Source: an uncultured virus (IMG/VR IMGVR_UViG_3300007171_000042)
Lineage: Duplodnaviria; Heunggongvirae; Uroviricota; Caudoviricetes
Strand: one strand, 5' to 3'
IMG/VR virus record: IMGVR_UViG_3300007171_000042
Span: 1-64,000 of that record
Length of the DNA stretch: 64,000 nucleotides
The notes under the pieces were generated by a model. It was not told the DNA's origin and searched no databases. It saw only the letters and a program-made list of their open reading frames with translations. Below are positions 59,362-64,000 of this stretch, piece after piece. The position numbers and the translations under genes are program-made. Positions within the stretch are counted from its first letter, which is position 1, and the number at the start of each line of letters is the position of its first letter.

Positions 59362-59622
59362 ATGAATACAATTCTAGGCATCATTCTCTTTTTAATCTTA
59401 GTGGTTTTACTGTATCTTGCTCGTAAGGAAGAAAAACGTAGTGACCAGTACTATAGAGATCTTTATGGCTCCAAAGAGGAAGTAAAGGATAATAGTGTCC
59501 AAATCACAGCAGAAGAAATCATAAAGATAGCTGAGGAGATTCACAAACAAGAACCTGCTCCTAAGAAAAAGAAAAGCAGACCTCGTAAGAAGCCTGCTTC
59601 AAAGGAAAGCAAAAAAGATTAA
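59362..59622 (+). CDS. Small membrane-anchored protein with Lys-rich tail
   Basis: N-terminal TM helix ILGIILFLILVVLLYLA; C-terminal PKKKKSRPRKKP. Confidence 0.7.
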   Translation: MNTILGIILFLILVVLLYLARKEEKRSDQYYRDLYGSKEEVKDNSVQITAEEIIKIAEEIHKQEPAPKKKKSRPRKKPASKESKKD

Positions 59623-60063
59623 TTACTTTTTGTAGAGTCTGTAGTATTCAAAGTCGGATTCTCCTCCGTTCTTTTTATACTCCATCCACTCATCATAAAG
59701 GGCACCTTTAAATACAAAGTTGTCCCCTTCATTGATATTTACATAACTAACTGTAGTATCGAGTCCTACCTCTACCATTCTAGTAGTAAAGATCTCAACC
59801 TTCTCAGAAACGATTTTAAGCTCTTCTGAGGCAACAACTAGCTCTTCCTGTAGTTCTTTCTTCTCTTCTACCTTTTGTTCCACTAGAGCCTCTCCTTTTG
59901 CCTTAGCAACAGATGTTACAGCAGAAGCAACTCTAAGATTGTTTTCAATCTTCTTAAGCATGATTTCTAACTCATCTACTGGAGCAGGATCAATAGCTCT
60001 CAAAGGCATAGAGAAATGGATAGCCAAAAAGAATACAGCAAAAATTCCCAATAAGTACTTCAT
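59623..60063 (-). CDS. Exported or membrane-anchored coiled-coil lysis-cassette protein (spanin-like?)
   Basis: Signal-like N-terminus MKYLLGIFAVFFLAIHF, coiled coil; last gene after the endolysin; no lipobox Cys. Confidence 0.5.
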   Translation of the reverse strand: MKYLLGIFAVFFLAIHFSMPLRAIDPAPVDELEIMLKKIENNLRVASAVTSVAKAKGEALVEQKVEEKKELQEELVVASEELKIVSEKVEIFTTRMVEVGLDTTVSYVNINEGDNFVFKGALYDEWMEYKKNGGESDFEYYRLYKK

Positions 60064-60084
60064 CTTAGTTAAATTAAAATTTCT

Positions 60085-60366
60085 TTAAAACTTTTTCATT
60101 GTGTTAATGATACGAAGTTCTGTAATAGCTGCTGAGAGAGCGCTATCAGACTTCTTAAGTGCAGTATTCATCCGATCAATCTTTAACTCTAGATTATTCA
60201 TCTTTTCGTTAGAGAGTTTAATCTGGTCTGCATACCCCGTTTTAACGTCATAATACAAATAGCTAACAGCCACCAGCATACAAAAAGCAACGGCAGCAAC
60301 TGGATTCTTTTTAAATTGATCAAAACTTACGGGTAATGGATTAGAGTTAATCTTCTTAGCAGTCAT
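60085..60366 (-). CDS. Membrane protein with coiled coil (holin- or spanin-like)
   Basis: TM segment PVAAVAFCMLVAVSYLYY followed by coiled coil; coupled to the endolysin stop. Confidence 0.5.
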   Translation of the reverse strand: MTAKKINSNPLPVSFDQFKKNPVAAVAFCMLVAVSYLYYDVKTGYADQIKLSNEKMNNLELKIDRMNTALKKSDSALSAAITELRIINTMKKF

Positions 60367-60953
60367 TACTTGATGTCTTTAGATTCGATCAAAGTATAAG
60401 TAAAAGAGTTACCTCCTACGGAAGCTGCTTTTTTACAAATTGCCATAAACGCGTCAAAGTCTGCGGATTTTTTAAAGACTTGACATCCTTCTGACCAGTT
60501 TTCAACGTAAGTTGAGTCAGCACCTGCTTTATGAATGTTGATTCCATAAATGCCTTCAGTAATTTTTGTTTCATCATAGTTTAAATCTTTATTAGCGTCA
60601 CGATAAACCTTTACGTTAGCCTTCTGTTTGAGAGCTTCGTACTTACCTTGGTGCAAACCAACATGGTGTGAACCAGGATATTGACCAGGTACTAAGCGAG
60701 CAACTCCTTGAGCATTGTGGAATTCTTTAACTCCTTTAGTTCCAGGATCAGTAGTAGCAGGCCAGATCTTAAATTTCCACTCACCATTCTCTTTATAAGA
60801 GATAGTCAAGTGGTCGTCAAATACGTTGGTTACTTTGGTACCAGTAGAAGAGTTACGTACACCAATGATGTTTACGTTAAAGTCTCCGTTCTCAAAGTAC
60901 TTATAACCTTTTGCTTTTACAGCAGCTTCGATTTGTTCTCTAGTGTAGCTCAT
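60366..60953 (-). CDS. Endolysin candidate, L,D-transpeptidase (YkuD-like) fold
   Basis: NIIGVR...FDD...TTDPG...GINIHKAG...WSEGCQV: His...S-x-G-C catalytic signature. Confidence 0.7.
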   Translation of the reverse strand: MSYTREQIEAAVKAKGYKYFENGDFNVNIIGVRNSSTGTKVTNVFDDHLTISYKENGEWKFKIWPATTDPGTKGVKEFHNAQGVARLVPGQYPGSHHVGLHQGKYEALKQKANVKVYRDANKDLNYDETKITEGIYGINIHKAGADSTYVENWSEGCQVFKKSADFDAFMAICKKAASVGGNSFTYTLIESKDIK

Positions 60954-60955
60954 AA

Positions 60956-61204
60956 TTATGCCTCAGCAGAGTCCTCCTTCTTTTTCATGATCTTCTCTAC
61001 AGAAGTCAAACCTAAACAACCAAAAGCTAACAAAGCAACAGCATCTACTAAAGGAGTAGAAGGAGCAAAGTGAGCTTCAGTAAAAGAGTTAGCGTACAAT
61101 GTAGCACACAAAGTAATAGTGCAGACTAAGCCACACAGTCGTTTCATAGAGACAGAACCCTTCTCATCTTTGAAAAGTGCACTGATAAAATTAATTAGTT
61201 TCAT
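60956..61204 (-). CDS. Holin-like two-TM protein (likely start at 61204; in-frame extension to 61300/61327)
   Basis: SMKRLCGLVCTITLCATLYA and LVDAVALLAFGCLGLTSVEK TM segments, charged C-tail; directly upstream of the endolysin. Confidence 0.6.
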   Translation of the reverse strand: MKLINFISALFKDEKGSVSMKRLCGLVCTITLCATLYANSFTEAHFAPSTPLVDAVALLAFGCLGLTSVEKIMKKKEDSAEA

Positions 61205-61383
61205 ATAGATACCTTTTTTTAGTTTAAACAGACTAAGAACGTAGTCCTCTACTAACCACTTAAACAGTAGTAGTGTGAGAAATACAGAAAAACTCACCAT
61301 TATGGTTATATCTGAGAGAATGTTCAAAGCAACTTCGGACTTTCATAGATTATACTTTAGGTGAGAAAAGGTTGGTTCTATTT

Positions 61384-61414
61384 CAAAGATAGTATATTAA
61401 AAAAATAAGTCAAA
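61384..61414 (-). promoter_or_regulatory. Bacteroidota-type promoter for the lysis cassette
   Basis: TTTG (61411-61414), 19-nt spacer, TATCTTTG (61384-61391). Confidence 0.7.
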
Positions 61415-61418
61415 TCCT

Positions 61419-61451
61419 AAAAAGAAAACCCCCAGATTTCTCTGAGGGTTT
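61419..61451 (-). terminator. Rho-independent terminator with GAAA tetraloop
   Basis: Minus-strand RNA AAACCCUCAGA-GAAA-UCUGGGGGUUU then UCUUUUU. Confidence 0.75.
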
Positions 61452-61475
61452 ATAAAAGCTTGTTAATTACAAGGT

Positions 61476-61766
61476 TTAGAGGATTTCTGCATCAGAGATA
61501 GGGCTAACAGTTGCCTCTGTCTCCATTGCAATGTGCTCAAAAGTTTCCAAGTTGATTTGACCTTTACCGTAGGTCTCCTCAATTTTTTGGAAGAACTCAG
61601 CCTGCTCTTTGCTTACTTCTTTCATTACATCCATTACTTGAGACTTTAAGTCCTCAAGGTCAGAAAGTTGCAATTGGATCTTACCCAAATCCATAATAAC
61701 GGCTTGAGTCTTTTGTTGGAAGCCTTTGATTGCTTCGATCTCTTGTTCGGTTAACTTGGTATTCAT
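61476..61766 (-). CDS. Small coiled-coil protein
   Basis: KLTEQEIEAIK...LGKIQLQ...ETYGKGQINLET pattern seen next to phage tail fibre genes; -7 element TATATTTG at 61787-61794. Confidence 0.6.
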   Translation of the reverse strand: MNTKLTEQEIEAIKGFQQKTQAVIMDLGKIQLQLSDLEDLKSQVMDVMKEVSKEQAEFFQKIEETYGKGQINLETFEHIAMETEATVSPISDAEIL

Positions 61767-61824
61767 AATTTTTTAGTTGGTTTACACAAATATAGTACCT
61801 TTTAGGCAATTATGACATTATGTC

Positions 61825-62115
61825 TTACTCAGCTGTAAGACCTAATTCGCTTAATGCCCAATCAATAACTACAGAGTCGTCTGTTCCCCAAGTAGCAATA
61901 ACGTCTTCTTTCATAATCAAGTTACCGTCCAAGATAGAAGAACCGGGTTTAGAAACAGGAGTTTCAGAACCTTCTACAGTCTCAAAGGTTTCGGTCAAGA
62001 TCTGCCAGTAAAAAGTAATAGAAGTTGCGTTCATAGGAAAAGTTAACGCATTGATAGTAAAGTACTTACCTTCACCACGTGCAGGTACAGTAACAGTTTG
62101 GATTTTAGTTGCCAT
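61825..62115 (-). CDS. Probable tail fibre assembly/accessory protein
   Basis: 96 aa, C-terminal WGTDDSVVIDWALSELGL; directly downstream of the tail fibre; -7 element TATATTTG at 62142-62149. Confidence 0.5.
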   Translation of the reverse strand: MATKIQTVTVPARGEGKYFTINALTFPMNATSITFYWQILTETFETVEGSETPVSKPGSSILDGNLIMKEDVIATWGTDDSVVIDWALSELGLTAE

Positions 62116-62164
62116 ATTTTTGTTTTAAATTAAGTGTGTTACAAATATAATATCATTTTTAAAA

Positions 62165-64000
62165 TTACATAGCGGTAGAAGTTACTCTTTGCCAAGCAGT
62201 TCCATTGTAGAAACAAATAGTCTTAAGATCTGTATTATAGACCTGTAGACCTTCTGCAGGAGAGGAGATAAGTAATATCTGCGCTGTAGTCATTCTAGGA
62301 GGTAAGAAACCCTTAGTAGTAGACTCTACTTGAAGTAAAGCACTAGCATTCACAGTGGTTGTTCCTAGTACTAGACTGCCTCCTAAATAGTTAGGTGCAG
62401 TTCCTACTCCATATAATCCCCAACCGCTATTATTCGACCACTCAATAGAACGCCAATCAGCTGCTGCGGTTAGAGTAGGATTAACATATAATCCTCGTGT
62501 TACACCACTAGCTCCTCCTGTTTGGTTAATTGTACCTCTATAAAGCAATCCAATAAAAGTTCCGACTCCACTTGTTGGAGCAAATCCGTGCGCTAATTGT
62601 AAAACTCCTGCTGCACCGCTTGTATTTGTTCTTGTTGAGGCATTAAAACCAGATATTGTTAATCCATAGCCTTCAGTAGAACTACTTGCAAATCTCAAAG
62701 AAGTAAATAAACCTCCAGCAACATAAGATTCTCCTCCACTAGAACTAACCAAATCATTACCGTTTGACGTGCCTATAACAAAACCTTGAGACGCTCTTGC
62801 ATATCCGTCTTTTCTAACTCTAAATTGACTTGAACCTGCGACTTGCAGGTCTATTAAGAAAGAACTTGCATTAGATGCAGTGTCTGTAAGATTCGCTTTA
62901 ATTAAAGTAGGTGTCCCAGTAGTATTCCAAGTTCCACTTAAATCTATCAAAGGAGTAGTACCACTTCCTGTTACAGAATAACCTGTAGAAACTATTGCAG
63001 AAGTATCAGCAGCAGGAGTTATGGTGGTTGTTCCTTGTACTCTGGCTGTGCCGTTAACATCTAGTTTATAACCACTATCAGTTGTAGTACCTAATAACAA
63101 GTTACCTCCGTTTGTTACTCTAAGTCTTTCTACGATACCCCCAGAATAAGTACTTATTTTAAAGTAATCTGCTGGTTGAATACTAATACTATCTCCAAGA
63201 AATTGACTATTTATATTAAAAACAGTTCCGTATTGAAACAAATTTGTACTATGGCTAGTTGTATCACTTATTCTTAATCCCGTTTGGTAACTGTTTCCGT
63301 TTATTTCTAATTTAGCTCCAGGACTAGTTGTTCCGATACCTACATTACCAAGTCTTGTTATTCTCATGTACTCAGTAAGAGCAGAACCATCATAGTTTAA
63401 AAACAATAAATCTGCTCCACCATTGGCTGTGTTTGTAGTTATACTTCTAATTGTACTTGAAGAAAGCGAAGTAGCAAATCCGCTGTCATTTGCAAAATCT
63501 AATTGTACGCCCTGACCTGCGGTAACAGAAGCAACAGCTGAATTTGCTAATCTTAAACCTGTTGTAGCCGCACTAGAAGCACTGTTCTGCATCCTCACTA
63601 CTCCATTAACGTCTAATCTATAACCAGCATCAGTAAATGTACCTCCATTCTGAATAACTACGTTTCCTGTAGAACCAAACACTCGAAGTTTAATGTTCCC
63701 AGAATTGTCATTCAGGTTGATATTTGTACCTAGGATATCTAATGAGTTTGCACCAGAATTAACCCCTCTTGTGTAAACATTTAGCCATCTGTAATTAGAC
63801 GCACCGAGTGCACCAGTAGAATCAACACTTGGTCTTATTGCTTCGGTAGCGCCCGAATAAATAATACTGTTAGATGTAGTATTGCCTGCTGTGGTTACGG
63901 CCGCTAGGGTAGGAGTAGGTACAGCAGTTGCTACAGTCACATTCTTCCAGACTTGCTGGGTGGAGTCGTACTGCAACAAATCGTTATTTGCAACGCTAGT
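62165..64000 (-). CDS. Tail fibre protein (partial, frame stays open past the window end)
   Basis: Repeats GNVGIGTTSPGAKLEING, GNLLLGTTTDSGYKLDVNG; C-terminal STTKGFLPPRMTTAQ...GLQVYNTD...FYNGTAW; frame open from 64000 (TSVANND...). Confidence 0.8.
   Translation of the reverse strand, partial: TSVANNDLLQYDSTQQVWKNVTVATAVPTPTLAAVTTAGNTTSNSIIYSGATEAIRPSVDSTGALGASNYRWLNVYTRGVNSGANSLDILGTNINLNDNSGNIKLRVFGSTGNVVIQNGGTFTDAGYRLDVNGVVRMQNSASSAATTGLRLANSAVASVTAGQGVQLDFANDSGFATSLSSSTIRSITTNTANGGADLLFLNYDGSALTEYMRITRLGNVGIGTTSPGAKLEINGNSYQTGLRISDTTSHSTNLFQYGTVFNINSQFLGDSISIQPADYFKISTYSGGIVERLRVTNGGNLLLGTTTDSGYKLDVNGTARVQGTTTITPAADTSAIVSTGYSVTGSGTTPLIDLSGTWNTTGTPTLIKANLTDTASNASSFLIDLQVAGSSQFRVRKDGYARASQGFVIGTSNGNDLVSSSGGESYVAGGLFTSLRFASSSTEGYGLTISGFNASTRTNTSGAAGVLQLAHGFAPTSGVGTFIGLLYRGTINQTGGASGVTRGLYVNPTLTAAADWRSIEWSNNSGWGLYGVGTAPNYLGGSLVLGTTTVNASALLQVESTTKGFLPPRMTTAQILLISSPAEGLQVYNTDLKTICFYNGTAWQRVTSTAM

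Noticed and set aside
1750..62011. Numerous short plus-strand and nested ORFs in the track (e.g. 4172..4501, 14215..14544, 45450..45956, 60708..61073)
   Set aside because: They lie antisense to or inside well-supported genes and look like shadow ORFs; only 58648..58920 and 59362..59622 are accepted on the plus strand
1..64000. Stop-codon reassignment (TAG or TGA), known in some crAss-like lineages
   Set aside because: All long genes, including 5-8 kb ORFs, are uninterrupted in the standard code; TAG ends the RNAP gene and TGA ends the portal gene
1..64000. CRISPR array, tRNA, rRNA, integrase or inteins
   Set aside because: No regularly spaced repeats, cloverleaf with T-loop, recombinase motifs or intein signatures were seen by eye; tRNAscan-SE and CRISPR finders would be needed to be certain

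Overview
This window is the late (virion morphogenesis, ejection and lysis) region of a crAss-like phage (Crassvirales-type podovirus), almost certainly infecting a Bacteroidota host. The host call rests on many TTG-N(18-20)-TAnnTTTG promoters and A-rich leaders without Shine-Dalgarno sites. Nearly all genes are on the minus strand and read through in the standard code. In transcription order (high to low coordinates): a partial tail fibre; a lysis cassette (holin-like gene, L,D-transpeptidase-type endolysin, two membrane proteins); a small plus-strand island; RepL-like and IHF-like genes; large terminase; portal; a GIY-YIG homing endonuclease; an acidic scaffold-like gene; major capsid; ring and auxiliary capsid proteins; Cys-rich fibres; tail tubular and tail stabilisation (muzzle) proteins; basic cargo proteins; three giant ejected proteins including the virion RNA polymerase (DFDID motif); and paralogous spike/fibre genes. 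The most notable observations are: (1) the three giant proteins contain only four Cys in about 6,670 aa, all terminal and placed as needed for a head-to-tail disulfide chain; (2) a roughly 380-nt ORF-free, highly base-paired plus-strand candidate ncRNA; (3) a homing endonuclease that appears to have displaced and recoded the portal C-terminus; (4) a hairpin loop antisense to phage translation-initiation regions; (5) a folded leader in front of the holin-like gene. All functional calls come from motifs, synteny and recall of crAss-like gene order; no database searches were run.
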